The notes beneath the pieces are model-generated. The model made no database searches and had not been told where the DNA came from. It was given only the letters and a program-made list of their open reading frames with translations. Positions 37,455 through 50,600 of a stretch of DNA of 64,000 nt are shown piece after piece. Within the stretch, counting starts at the first letter, position 1, and every line of letters starts with the position of its first letter. A program made the position numbers and the translations under genes. Source of the DNA: Octopus sinensis (taxonomy: Eukaryota); the NCBI RefSeq assembly GCF_006345805.1, contig NC_043019.1:3348001-3412000 (forward strand), written 5' to 3'.

Positions 37455-37876
37455 CAGTGGTTCTCAACCATTTTTTGCCTATGAACCCCTTTGATTCCTA
37501 ATTAACTCTACTGGCCCCTCATATCAATTCACTATTTAAATAAAATCCTATTATATTTTTATAATTAGATATTAATAGGAATTACCATATTTTAACATGT
37601 ATAAGGAAGCCTTTTTTGTCAAAAATAAAGTTTAAAAAACCTGGGAATTTCTTGTTGTAGATGAGTAGTATTATAATCCCTTACAAAGACTTTTTTCCAA
37701 ATTTTAAGCCCCCATACTTAGTGGGTCCTTATACACGCAGGTTCCTTGCACATGTTAAAATGCTGTATATGTTTTAAAGTTGTTAGAATATTTGGTATGT
37801 TGTAGGAGTATAACTAATATATTGCATATAAGTTTTAATAGAAATATCTTATATGGACCCTGGTTGAGAGCCACTG
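37455..37876. mobile_element. hAT-type MITE (cagtggttctcaacc TIR)
   Basis: 15-bp TIR; left flank ggttagat, right flank begins ggtt and is then interrupted by a family D insertion; partial copy near 49754-49840. Confidence 0.75.
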
Positions 37877-40800
37877 GGTTCATCATCATCATCATCATCG
37901 TTTAACGTCCGTTATCCATGCTAGCACGGGTTGGACGGTTCGACCGGAGTCTGGGAAGCCAGGAGGCTGCGCCAGACTCCAGTCTGATCTGGCAGTGTTT
38001 CTACAGCTGGATGCCCTTCCATATGCCAACCACTCCGTGAGTGTAGTGGATGGCTTTTACGTGCCACCGGCACGGGGGCCAGAGGAGGCTGGCAAACGGA
38101 CATGATCGCTTGGTGCTTTTTACGTGCCACCGGTAGGGAAGCCAGTCGAGGTGGCACTGGCAACGGCCACATTCGGATGGTGCTTTTTACGTGCCAACGT
38201 TACTGGTATCACAACTACAATTTCCATTGATTTTTTGATCGATTTCACTTGCCTCAACAGGTCTTCAGGTGCTTTTTACGTGCTGCCGGCACTGGTGCCA
38301 GGTGAGGCTGGCAATGGCCACGCTCGGTTGGTGCTTTTTACGTGCCAACGGCACTGGTATCACAACTACAATTTCCATTGATTTTTTTTTTGATCGATTT
38401 CAGTTTTGGGTTACATGAATAAATTGGTGAGGCATTGTTTTACAGCCAGATGCCCTTTCTGTTGCTAACCTTTACCTATTTTACAAATAAGGAATCTGTT
38501 ATTATTTTGCATATTAAATGAGTAAAGCAAGCAAAGGATTTGTTGGTGGAAGACATCTCAATAACAACACCACTAGTAGCTCATGACTTTCAGAGTGCAA
38601 ATGTAAACAAACACACACACACACACAATATATATATATATATTGGTTTATGTCTATCACTGTTTGAGTTGCCTAATAGTGGTTTTTATCTCTAATTCAT
38701 ATTTTATATTTTTATACTGTGAAATTTGATTTAATACTAAATCTAATTTTTCCCTGTAAGTTTGGAGCCATACTCCCTAATATTATTATTATTATTATTA
38801 TTATCATTATTATATATATATAAATTAGAAAAAAAAAACCTTTTATCAATTCAAAATGAACAATTAAATTACACCTTCAAGAACCCTTCAAGGCATGTTC
38901 CAGCATGGCCACGGTCAAATGACTGAAACAAGTGAAAGATCTAATTGTACACACAGGAATACAGACACAAATGGTAGTATGGTGTGGTGGTGGTGGTGGT
39001 GGTGGTGGCAGTGGAGGTAGTGGTAATACAGCACCTGACTACGTCCATTAGTAAAGTGGCTGGAGAGAAAAAATATCCGAGGGAAGTGTTCTACAGACTA
39101 AATACAAATATGATAGGTTCTAGGTTTTCTCACATAGAGGAAAAAAAAAAAACTTTGGGATTATCCATACAATTTGTAGACAAAAACTCCCTTAAAATCT
39201 AAAAGAAAATACACAAAAACAAGATATCTGCAATAAGCTCAATTATGTGTCGGTGTCACATAAAAAGCACCCAGTGCACTCTATAAAGTGGTTTGGTGTT
39301 AGGATGGACATCTCGGCCATAAAAGCCAAGCCAAAACATATGACTGGAACCTGGTACATTTCTCCAGCTTGCCAGCTCCAGTTAAACCGTCTGACCCATG
39401 CCAGCATGGGAAATAGACGTTAAATGTTGATGAAGGGGGTCTCAAACTAAATGATTTTACACTGGTGGGAGTAGGGCAAACTAAAGGTCAAACAAAACAA
39501 TAATCATGGCTTGACCGAAAAATATGAAGAAATGAAAAGCGCAGGAGTGGTTATGTGGTAAGTAGCTTGTTTACCAACCACATGGTTCAGGGTTCAGTCG
39601 CACTGCATGGCACCTTGGGCAAGTGTCTTCTACTATAGCCTCAGGCCGACCAAAGCCTTGTGAGTGGATTTGGTAGACGGAAACTGAAAGAAGCCCGTCA
39701 TATATATATATATATATGTGTGTTTGTCCCACCAACTGATGCTGGTGTGTTTATGTCTCCGTTACTTAGCGGTTCGGCAAAAGAGACCGATAGAATAAGT
39801 ACTGGGCTTACAAAAGAATAAGTCCCGGGGTCGAGTTGCTCGACTAAAGGCGGTGCTCCAGCATGGCCGCAGTCAAATGACTGAAACAAGTAAAAGAGAG
39901 AGAGTGTTCAAATAGAAAGAAATATGTCACTGCATCTAGTTAAGCCACACCGTTCCGAGTTCAATTTCAGCTTAGGTCAGCTTTGTCTTTTTATGTATCT
40001 GATGAGACAAAAATGATAAAATTATTGCCTGTTATATTTCCCAAAAAAGGAAGGTATGTCGCATAGTGTTTAGGGATGTTGCATTCACAATCAATCATAA
40101 GGTCAAGGTTTCAATTCCTGGACCAGGCAGTATATTGTGTTCTTGAGCAAAAATACTTCATTTCATGTTGCTCCAGTCTGGTCCACTCAGCTGTAAAGGA
40201 CTGTCATCCTGCTTGGGTGAAATGCTGTGATCTTAGTCATTTAAATGCTATGGAAACCACGGTAACTACCCATATGGGTCATTTGACTTGCGATAGTAAT
40301 ACCTAGCAGAACTTAATATAAGCCCCAAGCTTATTTCATTAATTATATTCACTCTTAGAAGGCGGCAAGCTGGCAGAAACGTTAGCACGCCGGGCGAAAT
40401 GCGTAGCTGTATTTCGTCTGTCATTACGTTGAGTTCAAATTCCGCCGAGGTCGACTTTGCCTTTCATCCTTTCGGGATCGATAAATTAAGTACCAGTTAC
40501 GCACTGGGGTCGATGTAATCGACTTAATTCCTTTGTCTGTCCTTGTTTGTCCCCTCTATGTTTAGCCCCTTGTGGGTAGTAAAGAAATAGGTATTTCGTC
40601 TGCCGTTACGTCGTTCTGAGTTGAAATACCGCTGAGGTCGACTTTAGCTTTCATCCTTTCGGGGTCGATAAATTAAATACCAGTTACGCACTGGGGTCGA
40701 TGTAATCGACTTAATCCCTTTGTCTGTCCTTGTTTGTCCCCTGTGTTTAGCCCCTTGTGGGTAGTAAAGAAATAGGTATTTCATTTGTCGTAACGTTCTG

Positions 40801-42894
40801 AGTTCAAATTCCGCTGAGGTCGACTTTGCATTTCATCCTTTCGGAGTCGATAAATTAAGTATACGCAACTGGGGTCGATGTAATCGACTTAATTCCTTTG
40901 TCTGTCCTTGTTTGTCCCTTGTGGGTAGTAAAGAAATATATATTCACTCTTAGCTTGTCCAAATATTTGCCTTGTGCCTATATTAAAAACCAAACAATCA
41001 ATGCTTACAACCAAAGAAGATTAAAAAATAAACTCTCAAATGTCTACAGCTATTGATCATGCTTGAAGACACCCTCCCACTGTATAGGGGCCGGTTTCTC
41101 ATAGATCCCATTATTTTTGTTTTAGTTTCATTTTATTTTTTGTTTTGTTTCTGTTTTATTTTCATTTTTTTTTGTTTTGTTTTTGAGGATTTAATCAGAT
41201 GACGAAGGGCAGTGCCGAGACCCTTCAACTGGACCTCAGAAACTGGTGGAAGAAAAGGGATAAAGGAATCCTCAAACAAGGAATTTGGGTCTGAATTCAT
41301 GTAACGGAATGGATTCCACTAAAGATACTCAAGGGCCAGATTTTGGTGTTGAGCACCACAACCTGGCACAAAAACAAGAACGAGCTCTCCTGAGGGCTTC
41401 CACACAGTTTCCATTTACTAAACTAATACTCACAGATCTCGGGATTGTCCTGAGGCTATGGTAAAAAACGCTTAAGGTGCTGCTGTGCTTTGGGATTGAA
41501 CCCCAATGTTACATGATCGCTTAGCAAATAACCTTATCCACTCAGCCATGCATTCTCCTCATTGTCATTAAACACCCTTGTTTCAGAGAAATACAAAACA
41601 AAAAAAACTAAAAAGGAAAAATAAAAAACTATGATGAGTGATCAATGATCTCGCATCTTCCAAATGTGTCACAAAGCTCAGCCATTTTATGTAAATTTTT
41701 ATGTAAATTATCAAACTGTAAACCTCAGAAACTGTCCACTGGTATTTGTAAAGCTTCAGGAATGATATGTTATGGTAGATCTGTGGTGAAATAAAATATA
41801 TGGCTTTATCATTTGTTATTGTTGTTGATTTATATATACAGCGTGTTCATAAAGTGTCTCTGCAGTGAATTTTTTCATCATCTTCATCATTTAATGTCCG
41901 CTTTCCATGTTAGCATGGGTTGGACGATTTGAGATCTGGCGAACCAGACTCCAATCTGATGTGGCAGAGTTTCTACAGCTAGATGCCCTTCCTAACGTCG
42001 ACCACTCCGAGTGTAGTGGGTGCTTTTATGTGTCACCGACACAGGGCCAGTCAGGCGTTACTGGCAACAACCTCGCTCGAATCTTTTACACATGCCACCG
42101 GCACAGGTGCCAGTAAGGCGATGCTGGTAACGATCACACTCAAATGGTGTCTTATGTGCCACCAGCACAAAGGCCAGACAGCTTTAGATAATTAAGTTGA
42201 AAAATTTCCTTTATGCAATAGCAAAAAAAACACATTTTAAATCGAGTAGTTTTATAATAAAGTTTTTAATTCAAATATATAACAACATGATGCCAATATC
42301 AATCACAACATTGCAGAGATGGTGGCTCACATCTAGGTTGTTGGTCAACACTAACAAGGGGGGTATAAATTTAAAATCAAAATTGCGGTAGTGTTTCTAG
42401 TAACGTAGACATATTTGAATAAATTCGTATGTCACGAGGAGACAAAAGACCTGAGCAAAGTGGTAATAATAACCTGGTGTTAGAAGTTAATATATATATG
42501 TTTCAGAACAAAGTGTCAGTCAAGGATAGAACAGTCAAGTATGAAATTAAATAAATGACAAGGGAACAAGAAATCATGCAATGAACTTTGTTACCTAACA
42601 GCTGTTTCAGCTATAGGCTGCAGTGCATTGCATCTTATTGGAGATGTAAGCTAATGAAGTTCATGGCATAATTTCCCATTTCCTTTAAATTCCTTGGAAA
42701 ATGAAATAAGTGAATTCTATACCTCTTTCCCTTCATTCCTTAATTTCAAATTCAAATTTCTGTTCCCACCAAATATTATGAAGAAACAATAACTGAACAC
42801 TAGGGAATAACTCATATATGTACACATACATACACAGCTACATGTGTATGTATATATACATATATATATATATCTGTGTGCATACATACATATA

Positions 42895-43143
42895 TATATA
42901 TATAAAATATGAATTAGAGATAAAACTACTATTATGCAACTCAAACAGTGACAGACATAAACCAATACATAAATAACAAATAATATAAATATAATTAATA
43001 TATAATATATATATATAATTTTTTTTGTATTATATATTATATTAATTATATATATATGTTATTTGTTATTTATGTATTGGTTTATGTCTATCACTGTTTG
43101 AGTTGCCTAATAATGGTTTTATCTCTAATTCATATTTTATATA
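42895..43143. repeat. Inverted pair of an AT-rich dispersed repeat (other copies 38640-38800, 7125-7200)
   Basis: 42895-42985 is the reverse complement of 43055-43143. Confidence 0.8.
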
Positions 43144-43251
43144 TTTATACTGTGAAATTTGATTTAATACTTCATCGAATTTTTCCCTGTAAGTTTGCAG
43201 CTATACTCCCTAATATTATTATTATATATCTATATATATATATGTATGAAA

Positions 43252-43368
43252 TTTATTAAATGAATCCTTTCTAATGCAGTTTGTAGCAGTAATTAACTAT
43301 AAAAGAGAACGAACATCACCTGTAAATTTTCCATGAGTACACAGGAACACGTTAACTCTTGATTTATT
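43252..43368 (-). terminator. Candidate FARSA polyadenylation signals (AATAAA at 43368-43363 and 43257-43252)
   Basis: Two minus-strand AATAAA hexamers about 125 and 235 nt after the stop. Confidence 0.4.
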
Positions 43369-43490
43369 AGATATCGCAAGAATTTATATAAATTACATAT
43401 TAAACAACCCCTTGTTAGTGAAATATTGCTAAAATGTCTCGAGGAAGAGAAGCAGGTAGGTATAGCAGGTAAATGTGGAGGATAGCTTGG

Positions 43491-43596
43491 TTAAATTCCG
43501 ACACGACAAATGGGATTATTGTAAATCATCTGTAGGTTAATCTTTGGTCCTATCAAATCTCGGATGTTGTCTATACCATAAAGAATCATGGTTGGT
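43491..43596 (-). CDS. FARSA: FARSA exon 13 ([14 protein letters not shown]...CRVGI*)
   Basis: ttacag| acceptor; TAA at 43493-43491. Confidence 0.94.
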
Positions 43597-44570
43597 CTGT
43601 AAACGAGAAAACAATAAAATATTAAGTTAATCCCATGGTTTTCAAAGGAGATTAATAAATTTATATTAAAAACCTAAAACATTCCATATTTTCTTTTACC
43701 GTGTTAGTATATATTATAGTGATTCATCATCGATTTCAGAATTATTTTTAACTAGCAGTATCGCCCGGCGTTGCTCGGGTTTGTAAGGGAAATAACTATA
43801 AAGCATTTTTAGAGAGTTATAGCCAAAAAATGGAAAAAAAATGATGGTAAATTTTTTTTTTAGTTAAAAAGGTCGAGTTGCGTCCCCTAGACAATCTGTG
43901 GTTTGTGTTTCTGATTCTCGACCCCATGTCGAATTTATCGATTTTTTTTCAGAACTGGGGGAACTTTTCAAAATTTTTGCTGCGTTAGTTTTGAATTATG
44001 ACATTGGGCTATGTGTGTGTCAAGTTTCATCAGAATCGGTTGAAAGCCGTGGTCAGGGTGAGGGTACAACCTAACAGACACACAGACAAACTGCCGTTTA
44101 TATATAGAGAGATATTCACCCAGATAGGGTTTACAGAAGCAAAGCAGATATTTCAACAGCCAGATGCCTCTCTCGTGGCCAACCATTACAAGTGTCTAAG
44201 CAAGGTAGTATTGCCCCATGGCAATATTATCTTGCTTACAGACATCTTTTCACAAAATATTGGATATGAATGACATTTATTTACAACAAACACACCCAGT
44301 CAGGACAAGGAGATACATACATCATCATCATCATCGTTTAACGTCCGTTTTTCGTGCTAGCACCATCCGAATGTGGCCGCTGCCAGCCTCCCCTGGCACG
44401 TAAAAAGCACCCACTACACCCATGGAGTGGTTGGCATTAAGAAGGGCATCCAGCTGTAAAAACACTGCCGGATCAGACTGGAACCCGGTGCAGCCTCCTG
44501 GCTTCCCAGACCCTGGTTGAACCGTCCAACCTATGCTAGCATGGAAAGTGGACATTAAATGATGATGATG

Positions 44571-44605
<35 letters not shown>

Positions 44606-47600
44606 TGCACAGACACACACCTAGGTGGAAGTATGGCTGTCTGGTTAAAATGCTTGCTTCTCATCGACATGATTTCTGGTAACAATGTAACGTGCAAAGA
44701 TGTATGACTAAGTACCTTACTTCAAAAACCATACAAGGGTTGGCATCAGGAAAGGCATCCAGCCACAAGAATACAACCTTAAGATGCTTTGTCTAACCCA
44801 TACCGGTATGGAAGAAAAAACAGGATGAAAAAAAATGAAAGAAATGAACGACAGAGAGAGAGAGAGAGACAGAGATAGAGAGATTAAGGAGTCAGAGGAG
44901 ATAGGACAAGAAAAGGAGATGGAAGGGGAGGAGATGGGAAAGTGGAGGATTGGAGCAAAGATGAAGAGATGAGAGAGAGAGGAAGAAGGAAAGAGAGAAG
45001 AAAGAGAGAAATAGTTTACCAACCTTTCTAAGGACAAACCCCATGCAATAGCCGATACATTCTCCGGTAAACCCATCGGTAGTAACATTTCAGGTCGGAA
45101 AACACCAGAATTACCAATTTCTACCCATTTTTTAAGTCCTGTAAACAGATAAAGAAAGATAACTAAACTGCAATTCATATAACATCATTCGTATAAAATT
45201 TTAATGCTTAGAGTTCTGATCTAATGACATGACTGACCCACTTCCCTGGGCCTTTTTCTTAGATTTTAATCCTGAGACTTTCTATTACTTAGAATGTTAG
45301 TGCAGCCCAACTGATGATCAACCATGTATCATGTGAACCACTTCTTGAAAAAAATTACCCATGTCTGACTAAGACTATTATTGGAAATGAGTGAGAGAGT
45401 TTGTATGTGTTTGAGATCATTCTACTTACCTTCATGATAACTGAATATCTCCATACTAGGTTCTGTGTAAGGATTATAGGCTGGTTTGAAACGTAACTTG
45501 GTCATTCCTGTTGAAAGAACATTGTAGAAAAAAAGAATAACCTCAGAATGTGAAAATGTGAAAAAAGCTCAACTAAGAAATGAACAAGGGTCACAAAAAC
45601 CAGACAAATGGATAGATTTAGGATTTTAATACAGAAAATATATTTATCAATGTCAGATGGTACTGAGATAGTACCATCTGAGCGTGATCGTTGCCAGCTA
45701 AAGGCTGGGACCATGCTAGATAACTGCCTTTAAATGTTTACAAAAGAGTAAAAACTCAACCGAGAAACAACAAAGGATTTGCTGGGTGAGAACCCAGAAT
45801 CTAGATGGTTAAATAGTCTTCTTAATCATTTGATCAAGTCCCCATGTCGTACTACTTACAAAAAGAAAAGAGGGTACTTACCCAGTTTGCTGAAGAATTT
45901 ATGTATGACTCCCATGAGATCCCCTAAAGTCAGGTTGTAATCAATAACAACCCCTTCTATCTGATGGAATTCAGCAAGATGTGTTGCATCAAGGGTCTCA
46001 TTTCGGAACACACGGTCAATAGAGAAATACTTGGCTGGTTTGAAAGGTTTCTGTAACAAAAGAAAGAAAAAAAAAATACAAGTTTCCGTTTCTGAGAAGC
46101 AATGGTTGTGGGGATTCAAGGTAGGAGATGACTGAGTCTGGCTATATTTTCTTAAGCTGCATCTCCAGAGGAAGCAGTCCACAATGTTAACAGAGACTCT
46201 ATGTACCACAGTGTCCCCTAAGTCCATCCCCTCCTCACCGTGTTGGGGACGCTGGCAACGGGTAGTGTCAGAGCTCTGCCGTCGAGAACTTTGGTTCCTG
46301 GTAGGGCCACCCAAGGCGGATTGGTCTGATACCGAGTGGTATTAGGGCCACAACCCGGCAGACAGGGCTCTGGTGAAAATCCTCGGAGTGTCTGTTTCGG
46401 CAACCGGCGGCTCCTTGGTTGTTCTGTCCCTGCGATTGCGGACAACATGCGGCAAACCGGATGTCTCCACATGCGGGATTGTTGGGGACCGCTTGTGAAA
46501 TCCACATATTCCCACAAAACTTCTTCCATGAATTCTCAATGGCGAATACAATAGCAACATTGGCCTGTGCTGATGGAACCGTGACTGGCTCGCTATCTCC
46601 AGTGAACTGGCGCAGGACCATCATGCGCGGGCTGCCATGGTTCGAGATGCCTCGAGGGTGGTAGAAGAAGCCGACTCAACCCACCCAGGGTGAATGTTGC
46701 CACAGGTACAAGTAAGGAAGTATGTACCACACTCACCAACCAGCTTCTACCAATTTGTCCCTAACCAGGATCAAAAACCCTAGTTCATCTCCAGAAAAGA
46801 ACCACTCAACCACTGCTTGGTTTATATATAGAAATATGCTTCAGCCTCTGGTCTACAAATATGCTGTCTCCTCTCTCTCCTTGCCTTTTCTATCATGAAC
46901 ACTACAGTAATGGCCTCTGCTCCTCAGAGCTCATACCACTTCAACCCAGGCATCATTCCACATAGCACAGCATCATAGAAGGTGATAGATAAACCTGCAG
47001 AGGCAAACCACTCCAAATGACATCAAGAAAATCAAAACATTTTGTTAATATTAAGGTGAAGATAGGGACCACAAATTCCAGTCCTTGTTTTGGTATGGTG
47101 GCTTGTACGCCTCAGTGACCCTAGGAGCCATGCCAGCAGAGTACAAACTCCTGACAGGGTCTCTTATGCTGGACAGGTCAAAGGATAGAGGACAGACTAA
47201 TATGGACCACCTCTTCCCAGGGGTAAAAATGGGTTTGCATAGGGCCAACAACCCTACCTAAACAAAATACTACAGTATAACTCAAACTCCTTACAGGGTC
47301 TCTTATGTTGGACAGGTCAAAGGATAGAGGACAGACTAATATGGATCATCTCTTCCCAGGGGTAAAAATGGGTTTGCATAGGGCCAACAACCCTACCTAA
47401 ACAAAAGCAGAGTTACAGAAGCATTGATGACAATCCCAAACTAGCAAAATCTGAGAGAGGAAGGCCTTTTTCTCAGGGAAATATATGAACCTGCAAGGGA
47501 TGTGGAAGAAAGGAGACCCTAAAAATAGCTGAAGGCAGGATACTGCCCTCCACCCCAAAGAGTTGAAAAAGTACAAATCCAACTACAGGGAAAACGAAAA

Positions 47601-50600
47601 GACAACCGAGAGTCAAGAATGTCAAAGACAAGGTTTTGCTGGCTTAAGGTCCTTGGGGAAAAAAGGGCCCAAGTAAAATAAGATATAGATACTCTGGTTA
47701 GAAACGTCCGTCTGAGTGTATGTATGCAAGCAATCTAAACACTTACCTCTTGTGCCAACTTATACAACATCCTGGCACTCACAGCCGTTGTGTGGGTCCT
47801 CATTATATTTTTCTGAGCTTCTTCTATCTTCCAGTTATATCTATACCTGAAATGGTACCCAATTAATATTTGGTAATTAACAGAATAAAAGAGAAATTCT
47901 TCGAAATTCTCCCTCTCTACCCCCACCTTCCCCTTCAAATGATATTTGAAGGACTTGATGAGGGCTTGACCAATTAGGAATGTGCCTGTCTTCAAACCTT
48001 TCAGACGGGTCCACCACACAGCCTCTTTTGCCACAGCAGAGAAAGGTTTTAAATTTTGGCGCTAACTAGGTGAGTAGTTTTGAAGGGAGGATTTTAGTTG
48101 ATGCCTTCAACCCCGATGTTTGATTGGTACTTTATTTTATCAAAGACAAAAGACAAAGTTGGCCTCAGCAAAAAAACATTGAACCCAGAAAGTAGAGAGC
48201 TGGAACAAATATTGCGAGGAATTTTTTTAGATGCTCTAAAGATTTCGTCAACAAAAGCAGCAACAGCAAGTGGAGGTGCAATGGCCCAGTGGTTAGGGCA
48301 GCGGACTAACAGTCGGAGGATCACGGCTTCGATTCCCAGACCGGGCGCTGTGTGTGTTTATTGAGCGAAAACACCTAAAGCTCCACAAGGCTCCGGCAGG
48401 GGGTGGTGGCGACTCCTGTTGTACCCTTTCGTTCCAACTTTCTCTCACTCTTTCTTCCTGTTTCTTGTCCCCGACTTCCTATGCAACCGCTGAGCCTGGA
48501 TGCGCATTCATCCATCCATTGATGCTCTCGGTGTCGGGGGTTGACCTGCTTTCTCTTCTGCGGGTCTTACGAATAGCAAAGGACCTCATTTCGGACTTCT
48601 CCCACTACAGAGGCGCAATCTTGCGAGCTCTGGGATGAAGACCGATTTGTTCAACAAACAAACAAGCAAACAGCAGCAACAACAATAAAGAAATCTCATG
48701 ACAGGTATGATGTCAGAGCCAAAGATGAGGAAAATATATACTCACCCCTGAGATCCATAACCCCCTTCTGAATGAACAGTCTTCACCCGTTCCAAATAGT
48801 CTTCAGGGAACTCATGTGCATTCATGGGGTCTGAAAATCAAACGAAAACATAAATACACATTTAGTCTTTTACTTGTTTCAGTCATTTGACAGCGACCAT
48901 GCTGGAGCACTACCTTTAGTAGAACAAACTGACCCCAGTACTTATTCTTTGTAAGTCTAGTACTTATTCTATCAGTCTCTTTTGCTAAACCACTAAGTTA
49001 CAGGGACATAAACACACCAACATCAGTTGTCAAGCAATGGTGGGGAGACAAGCACAGACACACACACAAATATATTCGGATCTTTTCGGTTTGAACAGCA
49101 GTTTTTTTCTAGCGGTGTCATATGAAATTGTCACACATAATTATGACCCTAGTATCGATCTATTGCATTTCAATCTGTTTTAGGATTAGGGTTAGGGGTG
49201 GGGGAAAGGGTATCTTTTTCTTCACAAATGTAAATAAACCCAATCTGTTTCTTAAACGAGGGACATATTCATATGGCACAGAATGTTTTCACTTCAATAG
49301 ACGTCATTGATTGGTTGAAATTGCAGAAATTGAAGAAAAAAAACAACAAATATCTTACAAACTGTAGAATTTTCTCAATAAAGCCAAAAGAAAAAATGTT
49401 TTATAAACACATTCTACGAGTATACGAAGTTTAAAAGTGTTCAGTTACGTGGAAATTATTTTAAAAAACTGCCGTTCAAACCGAAAAGATCCATATATTC
49501 ATAAATATTTGTAAAGTTCGTAAATATATTTTTATGAACAGCTTGTATACGATTTGTAGACTTCATCCTTTACCACTCAGATTTCTCTGTCAAATGAAAA
49601 GCTTATTAATTCACATCGTTATTAATTAACCATGAAATATCTTGTCACTTTGAGATTCTGATGATGTGATTGCTCGTTTTTAGAATGACTTTGTAGGGTA
49701 GGTGCAAGAGGCTGGATCTGGACTGCTCTGGCTGGTTTAAATGCTAAAGTAGCAGTTCTCAACTGGGGTCCATATAAGATTTTGCTGATAAATTTATGCA
49801 CAATAAATACAATACACAAACTACTTAAAAATTTTTTTACACAATTCCTAATAATATCTCTCTATATATAAACGGCAAAATGTCTGTGTGTGTGTCCTTT
49901 ATACAAATCCACAATTTTTCAGTTAGAGGGCTCGCACTTTCTATGATCATTCAAAACCATCCAAGGGTGGTCATACACATCTTTACATTTCCCCAGTCAC
50001 CCCTGCAAAGCCATTAAAAAAAATCAATAGAAGTGACTTTTTTGTGAATTTTCTATCCAAAACCCAATCAAAATGTCCGAAACTTGATACGCCAATTGAA
50101 TGCCAGCTAGCTGTATGTGATTGGTTGAAGATTTGAACAGTACTCGCGTGTATTTGCGCATGCATGTAGCTGTATATGAATGCACTAGCACTATGACCTG
50201 GCATTGCTGGGTCATAGTGCTAGTTTAATCATAAAATAGGAAATTTTAGACATTGAATGGCTGTAAGTAAAACAGGAATCAAGGTGAAAGTGTGACCATA
50301 GCCAGTGCTGGTGACGCATAAAAGGCACATAAATGACACATAGTACACTCTATGGAGTGGTTGGCATCAGGAAGAGCATCCAGCTGTAGAAACCAAGCCA
50401 AAACTGACATGGAGATTGGTGTAGCTCCCTGAGCTTAGCATCTCCAGTCAAACCATCCAACCTATATCTACATGGAGAATGGATATTAGGTGATGATTAT
50501 GAGGAAAGGGTCCACAGATTAAAAAAAAAGGGGGCTGAGAACCACAATGCTAAAGGGTTAAAGTAGGTTGACTGAGCAACACAAAAATAACAAGCAAGAA

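Noticed and set aside
41187-41420. Possible hidden exon after a pyrimidine tract in the intergenic region
   Set aside because: All frames stop quickly, there is no clear donor, and no recognisable homology.
45016-45024. Alternative FARSA exon 12 donor 4 nt downstream (gtaaac)
   Set aside because: It would frameshift motif 3; the phase-2 GT at 45023 restores ERPTM.
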